From an uncultured Acidobacteriota bacterium (GTDB taxonomy: Bacteria > Acidobacteriota > Terriglobia > Acidiferrales > UBA7541), in assembly GCA_963704455.1 (NCBI GenBank), contig OY969905.1, forward strand, positions 3,417,159-3,481,158: a stretch of DNA of 64,000 bases, written 5' to 3'. Shown in pieces: positions 1-8,527 of this stretch. The notes beneath the pieces were generated by a model that was not told where the DNA came from, did no database searches, and saw nothing but the letters and a program-made list of their open reading frames with translations. Position 1 is the first letter of the stretch. Each line of letters opens with the position of its first letter. Position numbers and translations under genes: made by a program.

Positions 1-1
1 C

Positions 2-1345
2 GGTACCCTTTTCAGCCTGAACTACGGCTATACGCAGAATGGCGGGAACGACGGCGAGATCACGAGCATAACGGACAATGTGGAATCGGGGCGGTCGGCT
101 TCGTATACCTACGATGCGCTATACCGGCTCACAGCCGCCAGCACGAGCGGATCATCGGACTATGCCGCGTGGGGGCTGTCGTGGAGCTATGACCGCTATG
201 GGAACAGGACAGCGCAATCCGTGACGGCGGGAAGCGCGTACGCCAGTGCGCCCACACTTAGCACTTCAACTAATCAAGTGACAGCGCTCGGAGGGAGCAG
301 CTTCACGTACGACGCCAATGGGAACCTGACACAGGACGATCAATACCAGTACTCGTATGACGCGGAGAATCGCATGGTAGGGCTGAATAATCTGAGCGGG
401 GCGGCGATCGCGACGTACGCTTACGACGGGAATGGCATGCGGATCGTGAAGGTGTGGGGCGCAAGCCGGACGTATTCACTTTACGCTGGGTCGCAGCTCA
501 TCAGCGAATTCGAAGATGCGGCCTCGAACACTTATAGTTCTGGGACGACGCCAGGGGGGGCAGGAAGCGACACCTATGCAACTCTTCTTTTCCACCACCC
601 TGACCAATTGACAACGCGGCTGACAACGGACAACAGCGGGAATCTGGCAAACCAGCAGGGGAACTATCCCTATGGAGATGAATGGTACTCGAACGGAACA
701 GCGAACCCGAGCGTGGAACGGAAGTTCACCACATACTTGCAGGACAATGAAGCGAACAACGCGATGTTGCAATACGCCAAGGCGCGCGAGAACTCGGTTC
801 GACTAGGGCGGTTCCAGATGGCGGATCCGGTTCGTGGTCGATTCACGAACCCGCAACGGGTTAACCGGTACAGCTATGTGATGGGAGATCCAATCAATCA
901 CGAGGATCCGAGTGGAAAGCAAGACGCCTTAGAGGAATGCGATCCGACCGTCCTTTACAGTCCCACTTGCGATGCAGCAAAGACCATGGATAACGTGAAT
1001 AGCGATTGCATATGGTACGGTACCTGTACTGGTGGAGGTGGTGGCGGAGGCGGAGGGGGGGGGCCCATTGATCCTGGTGATAACTGCAGCGCGGTTCTCC
1101 AGCAGTGTCAGCAACAGGTGCAAAATACGTACAATAGTTGCTTGACGACGGCCGGTGGCAGATGCGCACTTTGTGTAGGTATGTGTGTAGGAGTATGTGT
1201 AACAACTGGACCAGTTGGATGTATCATTTGTTATGCAGCTTGCGCCGCTCAGTGTGCGCTTGGCCGCCAATCTTGCGACAATCAAAAACAACAGGGCCTA
1301 CAAAACTGTACCGACCTCTACAACACTTGTAAGGGTGGCCATTGA
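2..1345 (+). CDS. RHS/YD-repeat polymorphic toxin, C-terminal portion (5' end lies outside the window) with Cys-rich C-terminal module
   Basis: Open frame runs from position 2 without stops. Contains YD repeats (YDANGNLTQDD, YSYDAENRMVG, YAYDGNGMRIVK). The RHS core-end motif is present as GRFQMADPVRGRF...NRYSYVMGDPINHEDPSGK. It is followed by a G11 linker and a ~145-aa domain with more than 20 Cys residues. Confidence 0.8.
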   Translation, partial: GTLFSLNYGYTQNGGNDGEITSITDNVESGRSASYTYDALYRLTAASTSGSSDYAAWGLSWSYDRYGNRTAQSVTAGSAYASAPTLSTSTNQVTALGGSSFTYDANGNLTQDDQYQYSYDAENRMVGLNNLSGAAIATYAYDGNGMRIVKVWGASRTYSLYAGSQLISEFEDAASNTYSSGTTPGGAGSDTYATLLFHHPDQLTTRLTTDNSGNLANQQGNYPYGDEWYSNGTANPSVERKFTTYLQDNEANNAMLQYAKARENSVRLGRFQMADPVRGRFTNPQRVNRYSYVMGDPINHEDPSGKQDALEECDPTVLYSPTCDAAKTMDNVNSDCIWYGTCTGGGGGGGGGGGPIDPGDNCSAVLQQCQQQVQNTYNSCLTTAGGRCALCVGMCVGVCVTTGPVGCIICYAACAAQCALGRQSCDNQKQQGLQNCTDLYNTCKGGH

Positions 1346-1405
1346 TCGATCAAATTGAGGGGCTGGCGTGTTGCCGCCATCGGCTATGAGGATAAATTTA
1401 TTCAT

Positions 1406-1849
1406 ATGATGACGGATATTTTGCAAGATTTAGTTGACTTAGTTATTATCATTTTTGCGATTTCCTGTTTTTTCTACTTGCGACGTAAACGTGCTTCCAA
1501 ATTAGAGTGGGTAGCGATAATCGTCTCAATTGTAGGGTTGCTTCTCGTAAATCCGATTTCGGACTTCTTATGGAAGCCGAAGAACAGCGGTGGTCTGTGG
1601 AAATTGTGCATAGCCGTTTGGGTCTTGGTCTTATTAGCGGCCGCATGGGGATTCTACAAGAGCGGAGCGATCCGAGTCTTCCCAATCTTCGCGGTTGGAC
1701 ATTCGATTGTAATGGCGGACGTGGCACTAATCGTTTACTTGAGATTGTTCACGTTTTACTTATTTCTCGCAATAGGGATGGCATTCATCTTGGCCTGTAT
1801 CCCTCTTGTCAGACAGAATCGACAATCGAGTTTCCCTGGCAGTACTTAG
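1406..1849 (+). CDS. putative immunity protein (4-TM membrane protein) for the upstream RHS toxin
   Basis: ATG at 1406 with GAGGA about 13 nt upstream. It lies 60 nt after the RHS stop on the same strand. The protein is strongly hydrophobic with about 4 predicted TM helices and has no recognisable family signature. The ORF-track TTG at 1355 is an alternative start. Confidence 0.45.
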   Translation: MMTDILQDLVDLVIIIFAISCFFYLRRKRASKLEWVAIIVSIVGLLLVNPISDFLWKPKNSGGLWKLCIAVWVLVLLAAAWGFYKSGAIRVFPIFAVGHSIVMADVALIVYLRLFTFYLFLAIGMAFILACIPLVRQNRQSSFPGST

Positions 1850-2036
1850 TCCGCTGGCTTACGTATTAGCTTGGTACGCGGAACTTGGATGCGCTTATTC
1901 GGATACTCATTTTGTGGAAATAACTCAATTCTGAAATTACACATATTGGCACAAGCTCAACGAAGTACCATAATTCTAGCGCTGTCAGGTATGGCTTGAC
2001 ATGACAGTCAAAGACGCTTCAGGGAGGGCTGACAAA

Positions 2037-2498
2037 ATGAAAAGAAACCTTGGATTGGTGGCGTTCTTAATCGGGGCGGCTTTTTATTTCCAAACGGTCA
2101 ATGCGCAAGTCGTTCAAGTAAATGCCACAGGATTTGTGACGGACACGCTTTCGGGGAAGCAGGGCGCGAACGCGCTGCACGCGGATGCGGCGAAGCGAAA
2201 CGTACAGGCGGGGATGGCGATGTACGCCGTCTATGACGAGGCCACTGAGAAGCTCTACGTCTTGCAGCCGCAAGGGACGGGTGAGGCTTACGTGGGCCAG
2301 CGCCTGACGGTGTCGGGGACGCTTGCGCCGAGCGCAATGCAACACGCCGGGCAGGGAGTGGATCCTCAATCAGGGCAGGCAGTGAATTTTCATCACGTGG
2401 GGCAGGATTCGTCAACGCCGATTGGCGGAGTGCTGACGATCTCCTCGATTGCGGTGGCGAATCCAGGCCCGCCTGCGAATGCGCCCGGCACGCAATAG
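2037..2498 (+). CDS. hypothetical secreted protein (signal peptide)
   Basis: ATG at 2037 preceded by AGGGAGGG. N-terminus MKRNLGLVAFLIGAAFYFQTVNA looks like a signal peptide. No recognised domain. Confidence 0.55.
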   Translation: MKRNLGLVAFLIGAAFYFQTVNAQVVQVNATGFVTDTLSGKQGANALHADAAKRNVQAGMAMYAVYDEATEKLYVLQPQGTGEAYVGQRLTVSGTLAPSAMQHAGQGVDPQSGQAVNFHHVGQDSSTPIGGVLTISSIAVANPGPPANAPGTQ

Positions 2499-2544
2499 CG
2501 AGAGTGCATCGAAAAAGCGAGGCGTGGCATCTAATTTGTTGCTA

Positions 2545-2571
2545 CCTGTCGCGCGGAACAGGCACTTTTTT
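2545..2571 (+). terminator. rho-independent terminator after the 2037-2498 gene
   Basis: Hairpin cctgtcgcgcggaacagg followed by cacttttttacc. Confidence 0.5.
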
Positions 2572-2584
2572 ACCTCGACGCTTG

Positions 2585-2604
2585 CCTGCCTACCGGCAGG
2601 CAGG
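2585..2604. repeat. 20-nt palindromic hairpin element, copy H1 (cctgcctaccggcaggcagg)
   Basis: 8-bp stem cctgcct(g)/caggcagg with a 4-nt loop. It is the exact reverse complement of copy H5 at 3689-3708. Confidence 0.6.
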
Positions 2605-2674
2605 CTGCTCACGCTGTGAAGGTGCTCGCAGTGGCGGGGTGGCACGCGACTTGCTCTGTTTAAGTAACTACCCC

Positions 2675-2704
2675 TTGCAATTGAACTTCCGGATTTGTTA
2701 TCCT
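2675..2704 (+). promoter_or_regulatory. candidate sigma70-type promoter for the tRNA operon
   Basis: TTGCAA (2675-2680), 18-nt spacer, TATCCT (2699-2704), about 18 nt before tRNA-Thr. Match by eye only. Confidence 0.25.
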
Positions 2705-2721
2705 CTGTAGGTTTGCGCCAT

Positions 2722-2794
2722 GCTGGCGTAGCTCAGTTGGTAGAGCATCTGATTTGTAATCAGAGGGTCGGGGGTTCAAATCCCTCCGCCAGCT
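2722..2794 (+). tRNA. tRNA-Thr (anticodon TGT)
   Basis: Cloverleaf by hand: acceptor GCTGGCG/CGCCAGC, D-arm AGCTCAGTTGGTAGAGC, anticodon stem tctga/tcaga with loop ttTGTaa, T-arm GGGGGTTCAAATCCCTC. No encoded CCA. Confidence 0.9.
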
Positions 2795-2905
2795 GAGATT
2801 TTGCGTTGGGGCGGTCAGGGGGAAGTGTATCCCTTGAAGTGCGCGACTCGGAATTATCGCTGAGAATTGAGCGGACAAGTGTCTCTGGATTGCAAGAATG
2901 TGAAA

Positions 2906-2925
2906 CCTGCCTGTCGGCAGGCAGG
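2906..2925. repeat. 20-nt palindromic hairpin element, copy H2 (cctgcctgtcggcaggcagg)
   Basis: Perfect 8-bp stem with tcgg loop. Identical to H3. Confidence 0.6.
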
Positions 2926-2975
2926 CCTGCAATCGGGGCGTGCGTCCCTTCATCGTCGTGAACTTTCCCCGTGCG

Positions 2976-3064
2976 GGACGGGTGGGTGAGTGGCTAAAAC
3001 CAGCAGACTGTAAATCTGCCGCTCCTTGCGGGCTACGGAGGTTCGAATCCTCCCCCGTCCACCA
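2976..3064 (+). tRNA. tRNA-Tyr (anticodon GTA), CCA encoded
   Basis: Acceptor GGACGGG/CCCGTCC, anticodon loop ctGTAaa, long variable arm, T-arm GGTTCGAATCC, 3' ACCA encoded. Confidence 0.9.
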
Positions 3065-3077
3065 GTCTGTGCGAAGA

Positions 3078-3097
3078 CCTGCCTGTCGGCAGGCAGG
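3078..3097. repeat. 20-nt palindromic hairpin element, copy H3 (cctgcctgtcggcaggcagg)
   Basis: Identical to H2. Starts 14 nt after tRNA-Tyr. Confidence 0.6.
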
Positions 3098-3200
3098 AGT
3101 GTCGGCCCGAAGTCCGACGAAGCGAGATCCATAACAAGTATCCAGCGTGCGCGAAGCGCGTGGGACGAGCCGTCTGGTGGCGCATATCAAAAGTTCCGAG

Positions 3201-3219
3201 CCTGCCGTCCGGCAGGCAG

Positions 3220-3220
<1 letters not shown>
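3201..3220. repeat. 20-nt palindromic hairpin element, copy H4 (cctgccgtccggcaggcagg)
   Basis: Variant copy. Its last G is the first nucleotide of tRNA-Thr(GGT). Confidence 0.55.
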
Positions 3221-3295
<75 letters not shown>

Positions 3296-3355
3296 GAATT
3301 TTGGCAAGTGTGAAGCGGATTGCGTCGTGGGGCAGAGGGGGATTTTGAAAGACGG

Positions 3356-3430
3356 GCGGGGGTAACTCAACGGTAGAGTCTCGCTCTTCCAAGGCGATGG
3401 TTGCCGGTTCGAATCCGGTCCCCCGCTCCA
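3356..3430 (+). tRNA. tRNA-Gly (anticodon TCC), CCA encoded
   Basis: Acceptor GCGGGGG/CCCCCGC, anticodon stem tcgct/ggcga (one G-U pair) with loop ctTCCaa, T-arm GCCGGTTCGAATCCGGT, then TCCA. Confidence 0.9.
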
Positions 3431-3672
3431 AATGGTTTGTTTACGCTTTGCAGAGTGTGAGAGATGGCTGGCTGTACATCGAGATGGCGAAGGATGTTGA
3501 TCGAAGATTGAAGGTGCATAATCAAGGCTACAACCGATCAACGAAATCTCGCCGGCCCTTCAAATTAGTTTTTTGCGAAGAATGTGTGAGTGGAAAAGAA
3601 GCAAGGGCACGAGAGAAATTGTTGAAAAGTGGGAGTGGAAGGGAATTTTTAAGGGGGGAGATCGGTAGATAG
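3397..3672 (+). CDS. GIY-YIG nuclease family protein (UPF0213/YhbQ-like, COG2827-like)
   Basis: Translation ...[51 protein letters not shown]...[18 protein letters not shown] carries the GIY (FVY), YIG-like (YIE), R-R and H-N-x-G motifs. The only in-frame ATG is at 3397, inside the tRNA-Gly T-arm. The next upstream in-frame stop is at 3346. The true start is uncertain. Confidence 0.7.
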   Translation: MVAGSNPVPRSKWFVYALQSVRDGWLYIEMAKDVDRRLKVHNQGYNRSTKSRRPFKLVFCEECVSGKEARAREKLLKSGSGREFLRGEIGR

Positions 3673-3674
3673 TC

Positions 3675-3742
3675 GGCGATGGTTGCCGCCTGCCTGCCGG
3701 TAGGCAGGGTTCGAATCCGGTCCCCCGCTCCAAATGGTTTGT
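3675..3742 (+). repeat. partial duplicate of the tRNA-Gly 3' half plus 10 nt of downstream flank
   Basis: ggcgatggttgcc + [H5 hairpin] + ggttcgaatccggtcccccgctccaaatggtttgt. The last 35 nt are identical to 3406-3440, and the first 13 nt are identical to 3385-3397. Confidence 0.8.
3689..3708. repeat. 20-nt palindromic hairpin element, copy H5 (cctgcctgccggtaggcagg)
   Basis: Exact reverse complement of H1. Embedded inside the tRNA-Gly remnant. Confidence 0.6.
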
Positions 3743-3803
3743 ATATGCACTGCTGAGCGAGCGCGACAGCGAGAAAAGATTTTCGTACTGAGGGAACAAG
3801 AAA

Positions 3804-4991
<1,188 letters not shown>

Positions 4992-5003
4992 CGGGACAGG
5001 ACG

Positions 5004-5153
5004 ATGCGCGAAATCATCACATTGCAGTGCAACGAGTGCAAAAACCGGAACTACACGACCATGAAAAACCGGAAGAAACACACCGACCGGATGGAAACGA
5101 GCAAGTTCTGCAAATCGTGCCGGAAGCACACGCCGCACAAAGAGGTCAAATAA
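5004..5153 (+). CDS. rpmG: 50S ribosomal protein L33
   Basis: 49-aa ORF (below the ORF-track cutoff): [49 protein letters not shown], with the L33 CxxC...CxxC zinc-ribbon pattern. Confidence 0.85.
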   Translation: MREIITLQCNECKNRNYTTMKNRKKHTDRMETSKFCKSCRKHTPHKEVK

Positions 5154-5156
5154 TTT

Positions 5157-5231
5157 AGGGGAGTAGGTTCAACGGTAGACCGCCGGTCTCCAAAACCGGA
5201 TGTGGGGGTTCGAATCCCTCCTCCCCTGCCA
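5157..5231 (+). tRNA. tRNA-Trp (anticodon CCA), CCA encoded
   Basis: Acceptor AGGGGAG/CTCCCCT, anticodon loop ctCCAaa, T-arm GGGGGTTCGAATCCCTC, then GCCA. Confidence 0.9.
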
Positions 5232-5282
5232 CCTTGAGGGTTGGCGGAGAGACGGCGGGATGAGGCGAAGCGCGAGGCGGGG

Positions 5283-5585
5283 ATGTCCACGACACAGGCG
5301 ACAAAATTGAACACGACACCTACACCTCCGGATCGTCCTCGTGAACCGGGCGGCCCGCGCACGCAATGGATTGAGAATATCCGGGAGCGTTTCAAGCGCG
5401 CGAGGCAATTTCTGCACGAAGTTCGCGCGGAAATGAAGCTGGTGGTTTGGCCCACATCCACCGACGTTCGCAGCACCACGCTGGTCGTCATTATGACCAC
5501 GATTATTTTCGCGGTGTTTCTCTGGGCCGTGGACAGCGGCGCAACACGTGTCGTAGCGCGAGTCTTAAAGGCGTATCGCCACTAA
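5283..5585 (+). CDS. secE: preprotein translocase subunit SecE
   Basis: ...[42 protein letters not shown]... C-terminal TM segment. ATG at 5283 with GAGG upstream. The ORF-track TTG at 5241 is alternative. Confidence 0.8.
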   Translation: MSTTQATKLNTTPTPPDRPREPGGPRTQWIENIRERFKRARQFLHEVRAEMKLVVWPTSTDVRSTTLVVIMTTIIFAVFLWAVDSGATRVVARVLKAYRH

Positions 5586-5614
5586 TCGTGGAAACGCGGA
5601 GCGAAATAGAACGC

Positions 5615-6148
5615 ATGGCGAAGCAGTGGTTCATCATCCATACGTATTCCGGCTTTGAGCGGAAGGTGAAGGAAAGCCTCGAAGGCCGCGTCGCCGCGTT
5701 CGGTTTGCAAGAGAAGATCGGCCAGGTCCTGATCCCCACCGAAGACGTGGTGGAAGTGCGCGGCGGGAAAAAAGTCACCGCGACGCGGATGTTTTATCCG
5801 GGCTACGTGCTGGTCGAGATGGAAATGGACGACTACACCTGGCACGTCGTGAGGAACACGCCGAGGGTGACGGGCTTTGTCGGTTCCGGGCAGACGCCGA
5901 CGCCGCTTACCGACCAGGAAGTGCAGGACATTATTCACCGGGCGGCGAGCCCGGCCGAACGGCCAAAACCGAAGTTGAAGTTTGAGCGCAACGAGCAGGT
6001 GCGCATCGTGGACGGGCCGTTTGCGAATTTCACCGGCGTGGTGGAAGAAGTAAATTCGGACCGCAGCACTCTGAAGATTTCCGTGACGATTTTCGGGCGC
6101 TCGACGCCTGTTGAATTGGATTTTATGCAGGTCGAAAAGATCGCCTAG
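5615..6148 (+). CDS. nusG: transcription termination/antitermination factor NusG
   Basis: [25 protein letters not shown]... NGN and KOW regions. Start at 5615 inside the longer track ORF. Confidence 0.93.
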   Translation: MAKQWFIIHTYSGFERKVKESLEGRVAAFGLQEKIGQVLIPTEDVVEVRGGKKVTATRMFYPGYVLVEMEMDDYTWHVVRNTPRVTGFVGSGQTPTPLTDQEVQDIIHRAASPAERPKPKLKFERNEQVRIVDGPFANFTGVVEEVNSDRSTLKISVTIFGRSTPVELDFMQVEKIA

Positions 6149-6176
6149 CGCGGCGGCGCAGCAGGGGAAACGGGAA

Positions 6177-6605
6177 ATGGCAAAGAAAGTTCAAGCAATA
6201 CTGAAGCTGCAGGTTCCGGCCGGGAAGGCCGCACCTTCGCAGCAATTGGGCACCGCGCTCGGGCCGCAGGGCGTCAACATCATGGATTTCTGCAAGCAAT
6301 TCAACACACGCACCGCGAAAGATTCCGAGGGGATGGTCACCCCCGTGGTGATCACGGTCTATAGCGACCGCACATTCACTTTTGTGACCAAGACTCCGCC
6401 CGCTTCGGAACTCCTGAAGCGCGCGGCGAATATCGTGAAGGGTTCCGCGGAACCGAACCGCAACAAGGTTGGGAAAGTCACGAAAAAGCAGGTTGAGGAT
6501 ATCGCGCGCACGAAAATGCCGGACTTGAATACCACGAGCCTCGAATCGGCGGTGCGTACCGTTGCGGGAACAGCCCGCAACATGGGCATTGAAGTGGAGG
6601 GCTAG
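6177..6605 (+). CDS. rplK: 50S ribosomal protein L11
   Basis: [43 protein letters not shown]... Confidence 0.95.
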   Translation: MAKKVQAILKLQVPAGKAAPSQQLGTALGPQGVNIMDFCKQFNTRTAKDSEGMVTPVVITVYSDRTFTFVTKTPPASELLKRAANIVKGSAEPNRNKVGKVTKKQVEDIARTKMPDLNTTSLESAVRTVAGTARNMGIEVEG

Positions 6606-6610
6606 GCAAA

Positions 6611-7324
6611 ATGAGCCGCAAGCCAGGAAAGAAAACCGCGATTGCACGCAAGCTGGTTGAGGCGCGCCCTCACTCACTCGCTGAGGCTGCCGCGATTTTG
6701 AAGAAGGCGCACTTCGTTAAGTTTGACGAGACGGTTGAAATTGTTGTGAACCTTGGCGTTGACCCGAAGCATTCCGACCAGATGGTCCGCGGAACGGTGG
6801 TGCTGCCAAACGGATTGGGCAAGTCGAAGCGCGTGCTCGTGATTGCCGGCGGAGAGAAGGTCAAGGAAGCGCAGGAAGCGGGCGCGGATTTTGTTGGTGG
6901 CGAAGATATGGTGGAGAAGATTCAGGGGGGCTGGACGGATTTTGACGCCGTCATCGCCACGCCGGACATGATGAAGTCGGCTGGAAAGCTCGGGAAAGTT
7001 CTCGGGCCGCGCGGCTTGATGCCCAACCCGAAGACCGGCACGGTTACGTTTGAAGTCGCCAGGGCCGTCAAGGAAGTGAAGGCGGGCAAAGTTGAGTTCC
7101 GCGTGGATAAGGCGGGCATCGTCCATTCGGCTATCGGCAAGATCAGTTTTGATGCCGATAAACTCGCGGAAAACGCGCAGGCGCTTCTCGGCGCGGTGGT
7201 GAAGGCAAAGCCCGCAGCGGCAAAGGGCAAGTACGTGAAGAAGGTAACGCTGACTTCCACGATGGGCCCCGGAATCCTGATTAACGAAGCCGAAGTTGAA
7301 TCAGCCACGGCGGTGGCGGCGTAA
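6611..7324 (+). CDS. rplA: 50S ribosomal protein L1
   Basis: 237 aa. ...[35 protein letters not shown]... Confidence 0.95.
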   Translation: MSRKPGKKTAIARKLVEARPHSLAEAAAILKKAHFVKFDETVEIVVNLGVDPKHSDQMVRGTVVLPNGLGKSKRVLVIAGGEKVKEAQEAGADFVGGEDMVEKIQGGWTDFDAVIATPDMMKSAGKLGKVLGPRGLMPNPKTGTVTFEVARAVKEVKAGKVEFRVDKAGIVHSAIGKISFDADKLAENAQALLGAVVKAKPAAAKGKYVKKVTLTSTMGPGILINEAEVESATAVAA

Positions 7325-7342
7325 GCACGGCGGAGATTCGGA

Positions 7343-7900
7343 ATGAAAAAGCGCAGCGATAAGGAAAAAGACGTCGACCAGTTGAAGACCGAGCTGGCTC
7401 GCGTCTCGACCGTGATCCTGACGACGTTTAAGGGAATCACTGTCGAAGACGACACCAAGCTGCGACGCACGGTTCAATCTGTTGGGGGGAAATACCGCGT
7501 TGTAAAGAACACCCTGGCGGAGCGCGCTGGCGCGGGAACTTCCGCAGAACCCCTGCTGAAGAATCTTGCGGGGAACAATTCGATCGCGTATACCGCAACG
7601 GATCCCGTCGCGCTCGCGAAGGCGCTTACCAAGTTTGCGAAAGACGTGCCGGCGTTTAAGTTTCAAGCGGGGGTGGTTGAAGGCCGCGTGCTTTCGATTG
7701 CGGATATCCAGCAACTCGCGCTGCTGCCGTCCAAGGAAGAGCTGTACGGAAAGATCATGTTCCTGATTAACGCGCCTGCGCAGCGGATTGCGACAGTACT
7801 CTCGGCCGTCACGCGCAATATGGCAGTGGTGATCAACGAAGCGGCCAAGGCCGAAAAATTTGGGGGCGGCGGGTCTGAACCTGCACCCGTTTCCCAATAA
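7343..7900 (+). CDS. rplJ: 50S ribosomal protein L10
   Basis: 185 aa. Position between rplA and rplL. ...[25 protein letters not shown]... Confidence 0.92.
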   Translation: MKKRSDKEKDVDQLKTELARVSTVILTTFKGITVEDDTKLRRTVQSVGGKYRVVKNTLAERAGAGTSAEPLLKNLAGNNSIAYTATDPVALAKALTKFAKDVPAFKFQAGVVEGRVLSIADIQQLALLPSKEELYGKIMFLINAPAQRIATVLSAVTRNMAVVINEAAKAEKFGGGGSEPAPVSQ

Positions 7901-7938
7901 CCCGGGTTTGAATTCTTCTGAAGGAGAGGAAAGAGGCG

Positions 7939-8319
7939 ATGGCTAACAAGGTGGAAGCAATACTCGAGGAGATCAAGGGGCTGACGTTGCTCGAAGCCGC
8001 CGATCTGGTCAAGAAGATGGAAGAGACCTTCGGCGTTTCCGCGGCTGCGGCAGTGGTTGCCGGAGGCGGGCCAGCGGCGGGGGCTGCTGCACCTGCCGCG
8101 GAAGAGAAAACGGAATTCTCCGTCGTTCTCACTGAAGTGGGCGGGAACAAGATCAACGTCATCAAAGTCGTCCGGGAAGTGACCAGCCTCGGCTTGAAAG
8201 AAGCCAAGGACCTGGTGGACGGCGCGCCCAAGCCGGTCAAGGAAGGCGTCAACAAGGACGAGGCTGCTTCGATCAAGAAAAAGTTCGAAGACGCCGGCGC
8301 CAAAGTCGAAATCAAGTAA
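7939..8319 (+). CDS. rplL: 50S ribosomal protein L7/L12
   Basis: [43 protein letters not shown]... Ala/Gly-rich hinge. C-terminus ...[14 protein letters not shown]. Confidence 0.95.
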   Translation: MANKVEAILEEIKGLTLLEAADLVKKMEETFGVSAAAAVVAGGGPAAGAAAPAAEEKTEFSVVLTEVGGNKINVIKVVREVTSLGLKEAKDLVDGAPKPVKEGVNKDEAASIKKKFEDAGAKVEIK

Positions 8320-8527
8320 CCGAATCGGCCCTCTTCGGCGGCTCCGCTTATTCACAGAGCCGCAGCGGAAGGATTTGTATTACGCACGCTTCAGGCCGCG
8401 ACACAGGAACCTTCAGACGAGTCCTGCCGGGACGCCGCTCTGTGGTGTCTCCGGGCAGAGAGAGCTTCCCGGCTCTCCTTGCCGCAGGCGCGTCCCGCAC
8501 ACCCGCACGGACATGAGGTAAAAGAGA

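Noticed and set aside
2660-3190. 176-aa minus-strand ORF spanning the tRNA-Thr/Tyr region, and small ORFs 2940-3134 and 3026-3229.
   Set aside because: They overlap three well-formed tRNA genes and the palindromic repeat copies. They are spurious.
3356-3742. Search for an integrase or recombinase that would explain the tRNA-Gly 3' duplication.
   Set aside because: Nothing integrase-like is encoded between or near the repeats. tuf follows immediately. The duplication is therefore reported as a scar or GIY-YIG-associated structure rather than an intact island.
5447-5614. Long N-terminal extension of the nusG ORF (track start 5447) overlapping secE.
   Set aside because: The conserved NusG N-terminus begins at [13 protein letters not shown] (ATG at 5615). 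The extension is a frame artefact.
8320-8527. Possible attenuator or terminator in the 208-nt rplL-rpoB spacer.
   Set aside because: Only weak, imperfect stem-loops could be drawn by eye, and none is followed by a U-run. This cannot be supported without folding software.
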